DNA from: Candidatus Obscuribacterales bacterium
GTDB lineage: Bacteria; Cyanobacteriota; Vampirovibrionia; Obscuribacterales; Obscuribacteraceae
NCBI GenBank assembly: GCA_965228855.1
Contig: CBDDIJ010000005.1
Location: 480,001 to 544,000, forward strand
Direction: 5' to 3'
DNA: 64,000 nucleotides
Below the pieces are notes generated by a model. That model was not told the DNA's origin, did not search any database, and was given only the letters and a program-made list of their open reading frames with translations. Both the position numbers and the translations under genes were made by a program. Shown here in pieces: positions 28,899-38,678 of the stretch; the stretch's first letter is position 1; the number at the start of each line of letters is the position of its first letter.

Positions 28899-30947
28899 TC
28901 ATAAACTTTGAACACTGGTCGCGGTCGATACACTCGCGCTTATGAAGGTTGCGCCGGTAGAAACCAGGGGGTCCTTCTCGCTTCCGGCCGAAACGCCAGA
29001 AGAGTTGGAGAGCGCGACTTTCTGGCTGGCAGCTTTGCGAACCCACCAGTCGTGATCGTATGTCATAACCTTGCGAACACCCTCCGGAAGGTAGGCCGTT
29101 TTCGCAACGAGTATACGAACATGCGCGTCTCGGTCAGCCGCCAAAATCGAGAGGGCGGCAAAAGGCGCGTAGGGATTGCGAGCAACCCACTCGCGAACAC
29201 GCACATCTTTGTCCTCGGCGAGCGCCAGTAGCGTCCCGGGCGCTGAATTCGAATTGGCTGCCACACGCATTCTTATGAGCGCACTTGGATCTGCGATAAG
29301 GCGATGGAGAATTTCCCTGGGCGTCTCAACCTGACCAGCCACGACCATTTTGGCATAGTGATTGTCTTCACGAACAATCTTCTGAAGCGACTGTATCGAG
29401 ACCCGCGCCAAGTTGAGGCTGGTACCGGGTTTGATACTATGCACATAGGTCTGTTTGTCGGCTGAAACCTGGCGCATGGCGGCTGGCGGACTGTTCGGGT
29501 TACTGGCTACAGCATGCCGGACCATCTCGCTTTCATCTTTCGACAGTGCGAGCAGAATGTCGGCAGTGGCATTTTCATTCCGCGCCAACCAGTGACGAAC
29601 ATTCGGATCCTCATCTCGGGAAAGTTTCCACATGAGGTTAATGGAACTGTCGGATGAGCGAGCGAGGACGATTCGCACTTCGGCAGCCGGGTCGTAAGCG
29701 AAGCGCTCCAGCAACTCAGCGGGGCGGTTGTCGCTCATCACCGCCAGATACCGAACAAACAAGTCAGGATCGGAAGACAGCACTGTAAGCGTATTACCGT
29801 TGACATTCTTATGCGCTGCAATCTCACGGCGAACGTACAAATTGGGATCGCGACAGAGCTTGTGCAATATTTCAGCAGTGCTGCGAGGATTCGCGGCGAC
29901 GGCCTGGCGTACGGACAATTCGCGATCATCACATAAGGCGCGCAAAGTAATGCTAGGTGTAAATGGATTTACGGATACCAGTTTTCTAACGGTCACCATC
30001 GGATCACAAGCAAGCGTTTGAAGCGTTGCCAGCGGCGCACTGTGATTTGCAGCAACACCCTGGCGTATAATCACCGAATCCTCGAATGCCAACCTCGCAA
30101 GCGCAGAAGCTGATGCTGAGGCGTTATAGGCAACATTCTCACGGACCTTCTCATCCGAATCCTTACTTAAATTATCGAGCGACGCCGGCGGAGTCAAAAC
30201 ATTTCTTGCCACAGCCCGACGAACAGCGACCGCTTCGTCCCGGGATAAAATCGCCAGCAATTTGCGAGGACATCTCGAATCAGAAACCGCTATTTCGCGC
30301 TGCTGAATCGAAGCGCCGGAAGTGAGAAAGTAAGCCCACTCCTGAGGAATGCCAATCTCGGCTTCCAATTTCCCTTGCTTAAATAGTGAATCAATCAACG
30401 AATCGCTTTCATTGGCGACACCGGATTCGGAAAGCTCAAGTGCAGCCAGCTCCGGAGGAATCGGCGTATTAACGGTCACCACATCGTCAAGGTCGGCATA
30501 TGGAACTTCTGCAACATCAGCGGCGATTCTGGCGACTCCCGATTCTCCGGCAAAATCTATGTATCCGGCAGCATCAGTCACACTGGCTACGCCGTAGGCA
30601 TCCGAAGTTATTGCCACAGGCAGAGAGTCTGTAAAACTTTTGACTCGACGGCTGTCGTCGATCAGGTTGACCACACCGTTTTCATTGACAGGCGGAGTGA
30701 CACCATCTCTGGTGTCATTAGGAATCAGCGGAGAAATGCACTCTTGCCACGCCCACTTCTCCGCCTTGCCATTGCGATGGATCAGAGGGCTGCTTAGCTT
30801 GTTCTGCCTGATGTCTCTCTGGGACGAAACCAATAGTGGAAACCTACCTGAATTTTCGGCACCCATCGGCGCCTGTGAACTATGCGCAGCCTTGTCAAGG
30901 GTATTGTGTGCCCTACACACGCTCATGTCGATGAAGAAAAAATTCAA
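28899..30947 (-). CDS. Leucine-rich-repeat-variant (LRV)/HEAT repeat protein
   Basis: Many ~24-aa repeats LxxLSxDxxxxVRxxVAxNPxTP; true start probably downstream (e.g. ATG 30866). Confidence 0.8.
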   Translation of the reverse strand: MNFFFIDMSVCRAHNTLDKAAHSSQAPMGAENSGRFPLLVSSQRDIRQNKLSSPLIHRNGKAEKWAWQECISPLIPNDTRDGVTPPVNENGVVNLIDDSRRVKSFTDSLPVAITSDAYGVASVTDAAGYIDFAGESGVARIAADVAEVPYADLDDVVTVNTPIPPELAALELSESGVANESDSLIDSLFKQGKLEAEIGIPQEWAYFLTSGASIQQREIAVSDSRCPRKLLAILSRDEAVAVRRAVARNVLTPPASLDNLSKDSDEKVRENVAYNASASASALARLAFEDSVIIRQGVAANHSAPLATLQTLACDPMVTVRKLVSVNPFTPSITLRALCDDRELSVRQAVAANPRSTAEILHKLCRDPNLYVRREIAAHKNVNGNTLTVLSSDPDLFVRYLAVMSDNRPAELLERFAYDPAAEVRIVLARSSDSSINLMWKLSRDEDPNVRHWLARNENATADILLALSKDESEMVRHAVASNPNSPPAAMRQVSADKQTYVHSIKPGTSLNLARVSIQSLQKIVREDNHYAKMVVAGQVETPREILHRLIADPSALIRMRVAANSNSAPGTLLALAEDKDVRVREWVARNPYAPFAALSILAADRDAHVRILVAKTAYLPEGVRKVMTYDHDWWVRKAASQKVALSNSSGVSAGSEKDPLVSTGATFISASVSTATSVQSL

Positions 30948-31198
30948 CTAACGTCGATTGGTAGGTTGACCAAACGGACTCAAGTCCGCAAATCGCTGCT
31001 CTACAAGCATTGGCAGATTTGGGACAGCACGAAAATACGTCAAATTTGCACTATGGGAAAATGCCCACAACGGGCAATGCCTGGGGATTTTCCCATCTTA
31101 CCCCCTTGCGTGCCCTGAAACAGCCACCTGGCGGCGATTTACGTGAACACGCGCTGCGCCGCATTTGACCTCCGTATAGAACCGGTAAAGCCTCAGCT

Positions 31199-31230
31199 CA
31201 GAAAGTTAACCGCGAGCGGTTAACTTTCTG
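31199..31230. terminator. Perfect hairpin ending the rpmG-rpsR operon
   Basis: CAGAAAGTTAACCGC-GA-GCGGTTAACTTTCTG, a 15-bp inverted repeat 38 nt past the rpsR stop. Confidence 0.65.
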
Positions 31231-31268
31231 GCCAGGCATTTGCATCAGGGAAAAAAGTCGAGTGAGGC

Positions 31269-31517
31269 TCAGGCGGAACCTCCGCCAAACGGCAGCAAAC
31301 CGATTTCGCGCGCGCGTTTTATTGCCTTTGTGACCATGCGCTGATTCTTTCGACTCAAGCCGGTAATCCGCGCCGGTAGAATTTTGCCCGATTCGGCAAT
31401 GAACTTGCGGAGCAAGGAAACATCCTTGAAGTCGACATATTCGATTTTGTTCATGGCCAGTGGGTCTGGCTTGCGTCTCCGCAATTCAAAACGATCGGCG
31501 TTTCTTCTGGTTTTCAT
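31269..31517 (-). CDS. rpsR: 30S ribosomal protein S18, cysteine-free (zinc-independent) form
   Basis: [26 protein letters not shown]...[13 protein letters not shown]; no Cys or His. Confidence 0.93.
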   Translation of the reverse strand: MKTRRNADRFELRRRKPDPLAMNKIEYVDFKDVSLLRKFIAESGKILPARITGLSRKNQRMVTKAIKRAREIGLLPFGGGSA

Positions 31518-32535
31518 AAAACTGGATCTCCGTTTTTATATGATTATTCCAATCGGTCTCTTCATCCAAAGGTGCCTGAGCTCTACGTTCCAGCCAATCA
31601 CTTGCCCTACTGGTGGCATCGTCAATTTCCCAACGAGGTAAACTCGATTGCAGACGCGCAAATATGACATTGGCAACGGCAAGCGCCTCCAGATCTCCAT
31701 CTTGCTTAGCTCGAATGATAAGCGACCACATAAAGGCTTGCGTCTTATCGCGAAACTCCTCAGGTCCGTCTAACAGAAATTTCGCATAGACCGCCTGCGC
31801 AGGAGTAATGTCGTTATGCGATGCAAGCGATAACCAGATCTTTGCGTCCTTGTAATTTTGATTCGCAAGCGAATGGCATGCAAGTCCAAATTGAGCTCCG
31901 AGATGCCCGCCGCTTGCAGCTTCCTCGTATAAACGCGCGCTCAGTTCCGCATCGGATTTGACTCCCTGACCATGCGAATACATAAATGCAAGAACGCATT
32001 TGGCACGCAGACTACCTAACGCAGCGGCGCGCTGATAATAGATTGCAGCTTTACTCTCATTTCTCGGCACACCAACGCCGTTGCAGTGCATATGTCCAAG
32101 GTAGTAAATCGCTTCGGGGTGCTGGCGGCGAGCCGCAAGGGTGAGGTAGTGACGGGCTTTTGTTAAACATTTGTCGCAACCATTTACACCCAAGAAATAA
32201 AATAGGCCTACATCATATTGAGCCTGGAGATGCCCATTGATGGCCGCCGACTCCAGCCAGTGGAGAGCATCTCCAAGGCTTCGTTCGATGCCGAATCCCT
32301 TATGCAACATTCGCGCTGCACGATACTGGCTCTGTACATCTCCGTTGCGAGCCGCACACAGACACCATTTTGCGGACTTCTTAGCATCGCGATTTGAGCC
32401 GTGCGAGCCTTCGTACAGAACCGACAAATAGAATTGCGAGGTCGGATCACCGCATATCGCCTTTCTACCAAGCAAGCGAAGAAAGCGTCGTCGAGAAGAC
32501 TCGGGTGTCTTCATCTGCGGATTGGGCACCTTCAT
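31486..32535 (-). CDS. SEL1-like repeat protein
   Basis: [38 protein letters not shown] repeats; ATG 32535 overlaps the upstream TGA (ATGA). Confidence 0.82.
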   Translation of the reverse strand: MKVPNPQMKTPESSRRRFLRLLGRKAICGDPTSQFYLSVLYEGSHGSNRDAKKSAKWCLCAARNGDVQSQYRAARMLHKGFGIERSLGDALHWLESAAINGHLQAQYDVGLFYFLGVNGCDKCLTKARHYLTLAARRQHPEAIYYLGHMHCNGVGVPRNESKAAIYYQRAAALGSLRAKCVLAFMYSHGQGVKSDAELSARLYEEAASGGHLGAQFGLACHSLANQNYKDAKIWLSLASHNDITPAQAVYAKFLLDGPEEFRDKTQAFMWSLIIRAKQDGDLEALAVANVIFARLQSSLPRWEIDDATSRASDWLERRAQAPLDEETDWNNHIKTEIQFYENQKKRRSF

Positions 32536-33779
32536 GTTGCTATTGCTCCGGTCTTTGATTGCTCGGCAGCAAATTCCGAAAGCAGCTTGATTTGCCATTC
32601 AGGGAATGGATCGGAAAATTCCTGCCAACCGGCCTCTGCAAGTAGCATGTCGCCATCGCTGAGCAAACAACGATCGAGTTGTTCAATTATCCAGTCCTTA
32701 GCCATATCAATTCCGATAAAAACAAGCTCCTGACGGCGGTCTCCCCAGGGCTCCTGCCAGGACTGATGCAATTCTTTCAACAGAAGCGAATCTTGAGGCC
32801 ACTTCTCCTTATCCATAGCTGCCCACCACATCGCGCCGGGCTCAATACGACATGCACCACCTGCCTGTGACCACTCGATTGAATAATCCATGCGAGTAGC
32901 TATCCAGAGAAAACCTTTTGAGCGCAAAACACCGGACCATTCAGCATCTAGAAACCGCCGGAGTTTTTCCGGGTGGAACGGACGCCGGGCTCGGTAGACG
33001 AAACTGGAAATTCCATATTCGACGGTTTCAGGAACGTGCTCGCCTCGCAACTCGCGCATCCAGCCAGGCGATTCAGCAGCGTGATCGAAACGAAAAGTTT
33101 CCGTACTCAAAATCTCCTTAAGCGGGATGTTGCCAAACTGGCTTTTCACGATTCGGGCCATTGGATTGAATCGTTTTATCAGCGCGAACAGTCTTCGCAA
33201 GTCATCTTTACTCACCAGGTCGACTTTGTTCAGAACAATCACGTTGGCGAATTCTATTTGCTCAATCAGCAAATCTGTCACGGTGCGCGCGTCGTTCGCA
33301 TTGGCTTCTATCCCGCGCTCGACGAGTTCTTCAGTCTCCTCAAAATCGTTTAAAAAGTTGAAGGCATCAACAACTGTCACCATTGTGTCGAGTTGAGCTA
33401 TGTCGGAAAGCGTGAATCCATGCCCATCGGAAAACGCAAATGTTTCAGCGACTGGCATCGGTTCTGATATGCCGGTTGACTCGATGAGCAAATAATCAAA
33501 TCGATTCTCACCAGCCAGTCTTTTTATCTCAACCAGAAGGTCTTCTCGAAGAGTGCAGCAAATGCAACCATTAGACATCTCTATTAATTTTTCTTCGGTC
33601 CGATTTAAACTGGCATCGCCACGCAAGACGAGCTGCGAATCTATATTTATTTCGCTCATATCGTTTACGATGACGGCCACTTTTAGTCCTTCACGGTTTC
33701 TCAAAACGTGATTCAAAAGCGTTGTTTTTCCAGCGCCCAGAAATCCGGAAAGCACTGTGACTGGCAATTTTTTCTGCAT
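32532..33779 (-). CDS. COG0523 G3E GTPase zinc metallochaperone (ZigA/YciC/CobW-like), copy 2
   Basis: [50 protein letters not shown]. Confidence 0.93.
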   Translation of the reverse strand: MQKKLPVTVLSGFLGAGKTTLLNHVLRNREGLKVAVIVNDMSEINIDSQLVLRGDASLNRTEEKLIEMSNGCICCTLREDLLVEIKRLAGENRFDYLLIESTGISEPMPVAETFAFSDGHGFTLSDIAQLDTMVTVVDAFNFLNDFEETEELVERGIEANANDARTVTDLLIEQIEFANVIVLNKVDLVSKDDLRRLFALIKRFNPMARIVKSQFGNIPLKEILSTETFRFDHAAESPGWMRELRGEHVPETVEYGISSFVYRARRPFHPEKLRRFLDAEWSGVLRSKGFLWIATRMDYSIEWSQAGGACRIEPGAMWWAAMDKEKWPQDSLLLKELHQSWQEPWGDRRQELVFIGIDMAKDWIIEQLDRCLLSDGDMLLAEAGWQEFSDPFPEWQIKLLSEFAAEQSKTGAIAT

Positions 33780-33790
33780 CGCGCCTCCAA

Positions 33791-35026
33791 CTAATTAGCA
33801 AGCAAATATGCCGAGAGTTTCTCAATGTCCGCTTCCAAACTCTGAGCAAGTGAATATGGATCGATGAACTCCCGCCAGACATCCGGTCCCTGTTCCATTT
33901 CCATTGGAGTGAGGAGAGCGAGATTCAATTGCCTCTCAATATGCTCGCGATCCATTTTTCTTCCAATGAAAACCAACTCCTGGCGCCTGTCGCCCCAGGG
34001 CTCCTGCCATTCGCTACGCAAATCTTCGAGCCCTTCCTCTTCTTCCGGCCACTCGTCGGAAGGAATAGCAGCCCACCAGGAAGCGCTCAATCCGATATTG
34101 GAGGCACCACCGGCCTGGGACCACTCAACAGACTGATCCATGTATTTAGCAAGCCACATTATTCCTTTAGAACGCACTACACCAACCCAGTCGGAATTGA
34201 GAAATGCCGCCAGGCGTTCCGGGTGGAACGGACGGCGAGCCCGAAAGACGAAGCTGCTAATGCCGTATTCTTCGGTTTCCGGAATGTGCTCACCTCGCAA
34301 CTCCTGCATCCACCCTGGTGCTTGAGAGGCCTGGTCGAAGTCAAACAGATTTGTATCCAGAAGTTCTTTCAGCGGAACTCTGCCTTGCTCACTGAGAATC
34401 AACCTGGCATGAGGGTTCAAATGGTGGATTACACTTTTGAGTTCATTCAACTCTTCGGCCGTGATTAAGTCGGTTTTGTTCAACACAATGACATTCGCAA
34501 ATTCGACCTGGTCTATCAATAGATCTGAAATAGTGCGTTCGTCGTCGCTGTTCAACTGCAGGTCGCGCGCCTTCAGTTCAGAACCTTCCTCATAGTCAGG
34601 AAGGAAATTCAAACAATCGACGACGGTGACCATTGTGTCGAGGCGCGCCATATCCGATAAACTCACGCCATCTTCATCTTCGAAGACGAAGGTTTCCGCA
34701 ACCGGCATCGGCTCGGAAATTCCAGTAGATTCTATTAGCAGATAATCGAACCGTCCTTCTCTAGCAAGCTTGGAGACTTCAACCAGGAGATCCTCGCGAA
34801 GCGTACAGCAGATGCATCCGTTGGACATCTCGACCAATCGTTCCTCTGTTCGAGACAGACTGGCACCGCCCTGTTTGACAAGTCGAGCGTCGATGTTCAC
34901 TTCGCTCATGTCGTTAACGATTACCGCTACTTTGCGACCTTCGCGATTGTTTAGAACCTCATTCAGCAGCGTAGTCTTTCCTGCGCCCAGAAAACCGGAT
35001 AATACGGTTACGGGAAGCTTGTTCAT
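33791..35026 (-). CDS. COG0523 G3E GTPase zinc metallochaperone, copy 1
   Basis: Same motifs ([27 protein letters not shown]); AAGGAG RBS. Confidence 0.93.
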   Translation of the reverse strand: MNKLPVTVLSGFLGAGKTTLLNEVLNNREGRKVAVIVNDMSEVNIDARLVKQGGASLSRTEERLVEMSNGCICCTLREDLLVEVSKLAREGRFDYLLIESTGISEPMPVAETFVFEDEDGVSLSDMARLDTMVTVVDCLNFLPDYEEGSELKARDLQLNSDDERTISDLLIDQVEFANVIVLNKTDLITAEELNELKSVIHHLNPHARLILSEQGRVPLKELLDTNLFDFDQASQAPGWMQELRGEHIPETEEYGISSFVFRARRPFHPERLAAFLNSDWVGVVRSKGIMWLAKYMDQSVEWSQAGGASNIGLSASWWAAIPSDEWPEEEEGLEDLRSEWQEPWGDRRQELVFIGRKMDREHIERQLNLALLTPMEMEQGPDVWREFIDPYSLAQSLEADIEKLSAYLLAN

Positions 35027-35038
35027 TACAGATCTCCT

Positions 35039-35206
35039 TTATGCTTTTGTTTCTTTAAACGGCGCGTGCATGTTGCAGCCCGGACAGTACTTCCGCAGCT
35101 GTATGCGCTCTGGGTTATTTTTTTTGTTCTTGGTGGTCGTGTAAAAATGCCGGCAATCATGCTCCGCGCACGCCAACCTGATTATTACTCTTGTACTTTT
35201 TTTCAT
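35039..35206 (-). CDS. rpmG: 50S ribosomal protein L33
   Basis: MKKSTRVIIRLAC...YTTTKNKKNNPERIQLRKYCPGCNMHAPFKETK; GAGG RBS before ATG 35206. Confidence 0.92.
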   Translation of the reverse strand: MKKSTRVIIRLACAEHDCRHFYTTTKNKKNNPERIQLRKYCPGCNMHAPFKETKA

Positions 35207-35284
35207 AAAAAGAATCCTCAATGCGACTCAGCATTGCTTAATGCGGTCTTCTGAGAGTGCGCTCCGCAGTTACTAACCGCTCCT

Positions 35285-35306
35285 TATTGATAATAGATTA
35301 TCAATA
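35285..35306. promoter_or_regulatory. Putative Zur/Fur operator 1
   Basis: Perfect palindrome TATTGATAAT-AG-ATTATCAATA between divergent rpmG and the Fur-family gene. Confidence 0.75.
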
Positions 35307-35342
35307 TCGACAAAGTCAAATGCACATGGCAGAATTTAAAAT

Positions 35343-35720
35343 ATGGAAAGAAACACACAACAACGCCAGGCAATTCTCAAAGTGTTCGAGCGCTCGACAA
35401 GACCGCTCAAGATTCAAGAGATCCATACTGCGGCGAAAAAACGCTGCACCGGAATAGGCATCGCAACTGTTTATAGAAACCTGAAAGCACTGCTTGAGGA
35501 CGGAAGACTTGTTGCCGTCGATATGCCAGGCGGGCTGGTTCTGTATGAGTTGCCCGGCATCGAGCATCATCATCATTTTTCCTGCAACAGCTGCGAAAAG
35601 GTCTTCGACGTAGAAGCCTGCGGTCTAAATTTGCAGAGTCTAATTCCAAGTGGTTTCAAATTGGAGCAACACGAGATTCTTTTATCGGGCTTGTGCGACA
35701 GCTGCGCCGTCAGAGCCTGA
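35343..35720 (+). CDS. zur: Fur-family transcriptional regulator, probably Zur
   Basis: RNTQQRQAIL, GIATVYRNL, HHHHFSCNSC, GLCDSC; divergent from the COG0523/S18 operon. Confidence 0.8.
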   Translation: MERNTQQRQAILKVFERSTRPLKIQEIHTAAKKRCTGIGIATVYRNLKALLEDGRLVAVDMPGGLVLYELPGIEHHHHFSCNSCEKVFDVEACGLNLQSLIPSGFKLEQHEILLSGLCDSCAVRA

Positions 35721-35734
35721 CCGAAAGTGTGAGG

Positions 35735-36730
35735 CTAAACACGAACTGCCGTAGGAACGCTGACCTGGTCGGCGGTTAAGCGAGACAGTGCAGCTTCGTA
35801 AGAGAAATCGGCATCAAGATTTTCGTCGAGGTTTGCTCCGTAGAACTCGTTGTACCATTCCTGACAGACTTTGGAATGCGTTGAGCGCAATGATGCCAGA
35901 TACTCGCGCCAATCTCTCTTGCGGTTAACAAGCACACGCAAACAAGCATCAAATGCTTCGTTCTGTTCCTGGTGAAACTGATCAAGCGCCTCGAAATTGC
36001 CTTGCTCGAATCGTTTTAAATATCGAGAGTTCGGAACGAATCCCAACAACTTCTCAGACGAAACATGGTGCAAGATAAATGATTTATCGTCTTCAGTTTC
36101 GATCTTGTTTCCAATAACGTAAACCCGCTCAGCAAGTTGCGGAGCGATATCGAGAAAGTCGCTGTAGACTCGCAGGGATTTCAGAGTGGGTTCGACAACG
36201 AATACGTTTACATCATAAGCGAAGGATAGAGAAGTTGCTATGTTGTCGGTACCGGCAGTAGTATCAGCAACAACGATGTCCTCAGGGAGATCCAAAAGAT
36301 GATGCATTACGCCTGCCAACCCGCGAAGCTTTGTGTGATAGCATGAACCGCCGACATCCGACTCTTTATAGGTTCCAACAGTCAATAGCAATATATTCTC
36401 GCTGCGCAGCGCATAAGCAGCAAGGAATGGATCGTCGCCCGCTACTCGTATAAATGATGATTTGAACGAAGGCGGGGTGGTGCCCAACATTTGTTTTGCT
36501 CCCACGTCGGTTCGTTCACCGCGCAGATAGTCAAAAATCTGATCGCAAATTTCGCCTAGCTCGATCTTGTTTCCCCTGATTTTTTCAAAATTGAGAGCCC
36601 CCAGTAAATGCGCATTTACGTCCGCGTCGATGGCCAGAACTGAGCTGAACTTCTCGGCCGCGTATTTGACGAAACCAGCCGCGGTAGTGGTTTTACCAGC
36701 ACCTCCCTTCCCGAGGAATGCTATTCTCAT
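35735..36730 (-). CDS. CooC/MinD-like SIMIBI P-loop ATPase
   Basis: MRIAFLGKGGAGKTT, IDADVN, GGSCYH, DTTAG, VVEPT, IGNKI; AAGGAGG RBS before ATG 36730. Confidence 0.8.
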   Translation of the reverse strand: MRIAFLGKGGAGKTTTAAGFVKYAAEKFSSVLAIDADVNAHLLGALNFEKIRGNKIELGEICDQIFDYLRGERTDVGAKQMLGTTPPSFKSSFIRVAGDDPFLAAYALRSENILLLTVGTYKESDVGGSCYHTKLRGLAGVMHHLLDLPEDIVVADTTAGTDNIATSLSFAYDVNVFVVEPTLKSLRVYSDFLDIAPQLAERVYVIGNKIETEDDKSFILHHVSSEKLLGFVPNSRYLKRFEQGNFEALDQFHQEQNEAFDACLRVLVNRKRDWREYLASLRSTHSKVCQEWYNEFYGANLDENLDADFSYEAALSRLTADQVSVPTAVRV

Positions 36731-36900
36731 TTGCGTCTCCTCCTTTTGTAAACGAACGGAACCGTCGCACCACATACAGTGCAGCAGCAAATGCGTCCGG
36801 TTCACGAGCGAAATCGAGTTAGTTTTTGATTGAAGTGAGCAGCAAGGTAACACAAAAAAGCAAACAAGCGACAGCCGGCATCAAATCGACCGTTACCTTT

Positions 36901-36926
36901 CTTAATGAGAATCAATTATCATTAAG
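36901..36926. promoter_or_regulatory. Putative Zur/Fur operator 2
   Basis: CTTAATGAGAAT-CA-ATTATCATTAAG, 12-2-12 inverted repeat with one mismatch, upstream of the CooC-like gene; same core as operator 1. Confidence 0.7.
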
Positions 36927-36964
36927 CCAAATAGTTCACTCGATCGTCCAACAGACGTTTTTAC

Positions 36965-37858
36965 TTATGGAATCAATGCGTCTTGATTCGTGTTGTGCAG
37001 AAACTCGGCGAACTCCTTCTTCAGGTCGCGTCCCTTATAGGAATCAATCAGGTCAACTGGTCCGATTCGTCTATCGGTCGCCGTATTCTCTTGAATGGAA
37101 CGTGGTCTGCCGCCTGCGTTGTACACCTCAAAAGACATCTGGGTTTCAATCTGGTTATCCGAAAGCGGTCGATGGCGAGTGAGTGCTTCCATCATGTACG
37201 AATCTGTGATCAACTTCGACTGTTTCTGGACATCGAGAACGGTATAAATTTCGCGAAAGATGATTTCTTTATCTGTTACGCGAATTGGCTCCTTCGCTCG
37301 CATGAGGGCAATCGATTGATAGCTGCCATGATCGGAAATCGCTTGCGGTTTTAAATTACAGTTCCATATGTGACCTTGCTTATCCCGTTGCACACCAAAG
37401 TCAGCAACCTGTTCCGACATGAAAGTATTCTGTGATCTATCTGTATATCCAGAAACGCAATCCTGGCTGAAGACCCGCGTTTCCATACGTCGCTGCCATT
37501 GGCCAGCGAGCCAATCAGGAATGCGATACCACGTCAATTTGTCACTGCCGCCCTCGAGGAGTCGACTGTCAAATATCGAACCGGCTTGCAAATTGTCCGG
37601 TACGGGATCGAGCCGGCCCGAGTGCTCAATGCCAAGTTTCAGAACTGTTTTGTCTCCCTGTTTCTCGACTCGTGGAGATGAGTTGGGTGCGTCCTCGACC
37701 CAATCAGGATCGTCAGCGGAGTAAGCAGGAAGCATCACTATTAGTGATACCAGGCACGTTAACACCATCAAAGCGGGTTTCGCAAAAACTGGCACCGCTT
37801 GCGACACCATCACTCTCGCCACTGATACCATATGTGACACCATCAATTTCAAAATCAT
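36965..37858 (-). CDS. Hypothetical secreted protein
   Basis: Signal-like segment ending PAYS; WYRIPDWLAGQW motif; start uncertain. Confidence 0.65.
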   Translation of the reverse strand: MILKLMVSHMVSVARVMVSQAVPVFAKPALMVLTCLVSLIVMLPAYSADDPDWVEDAPNSSPRVEKQGDKTVLKLGIEHSGRLDPVPDNLQAGSIFDSRLLEGGSDKLTWYRIPDWLAGQWQRRMETRVFSQDCVSGYTDRSQNTFMSEQVADFGVQRDKQGHIWNCNLKPQAISDHGSYQSIALMRAKEPIRVTDKEIIFREIYTVLDVQKQSKLITDSYMMEALTRHRPLSDNQIETQMSFEVYNAGGRPRSIQENTATDRRIGPVDLIDSYKGRDLKKEFAEFLHNTNQDALIP

Positions 37859-37890
37859 TCTGCTTCAAACCGTCACGGACACTGTAAGCG

Positions 37891-38652
37891 CTAACCGTTT
37901 TTCACCGATATCTGCCTGTTAATAAATTCTATTGTTCGCTCCCAGGCATCTTTAGCGGCAGCTTCATTATAGTGATCGCGAGTATCGTTGAAGAAGGCAT
38001 GCGGAGCATCGGGATAGATTTTGAGTTGAACATCAGGCGAGTATTGTTTCAATCGGTCCTCCAACTGTTCAACGTCTGAAACGGGAATCAGGGAATCGAT
38101 CCCGGAGAACAAACCGAGCGTAGGGCAAACACTTCCGGAAGCGTAGTCGATCGGATGCTTCGTTTTCGTCTCTGTTATTTCGGGATAGCGGACGCGCCCG
38201 TAGTAGTCGATTAGGAAAGCGATATGCGGAGTAGAGCAGGCAAACATCAAAGCCATCGCTCCACCCATGCAGTATCCGATAGTTCCAACTGTTTCGGAAA
38301 GTACATCGTCGCGCTTACTCATTTCCTGATACAGCGCTTGTAAGTCGCTTATCAGCTCGGAGTCGGGAATCTTGGACCAGACGGCGCGCATACCGTCTAG
38401 ATCGTTTTTGTCCTCTGGAAGTCCCGGCCGGTCGGCAAACAGATCCGGAGCGAAAACACGCAATCCAAGAGTCTTGGCGAACCGCCGACTGACATCACGA
38501 ATGTGTTCGTTCAAACCAAAAATTTCATGGATCAAAATCAAGCCGGCAGATGCAACATCTTTCGGACCGACGGCGAAAACAGGCAGCTCTCGACCGTTCC
38601 TTCTCAGCAAAAATTCCTCTTCTTGAAGACTTCGCTCGTTGCTGTCGCTCAC
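37891..38652 (-). CDS. Dienelactone hydrolase family protein
   Basis: HEIFGLNEHIRDV, GYCMGG, YPDAPHAFFND; GTG start with GGAGG RBS. Confidence 0.9.
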   Translation of the reverse strand: MSDSNERSLQEEEFLLRRNGRELPVFAVGPKDVASAGLILIHEIFGLNEHIRDVSRRFAKTLGLRVFAPDLFADRPGLPEDKNDLDGMRAVWSKIPDSELISDLQALYQEMSKRDDVLSETVGTIGYCMGGAMALMFACSTPHIAFLIDYYGRVRYPEITETKTKHPIDYASGSVCPTLGLFSGIDSLIPVSDVEQLEDRLKQYSPDVQLKIYPDAPHAFFNDTRDHYNEAAAKDAWERTIEFINRQISVKNG

Positions 38653-38678
38653 GTTTTACCTCCAAGATTGAACAAAAT

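Noticed and set aside
31040..31140. Possible cobalamin riboswitch near the COG0523 operon (TGGGAA, GCCAC)
   Set aside because: Conserved B12-box order and core stems are absent, and it lies downstream of the operon.
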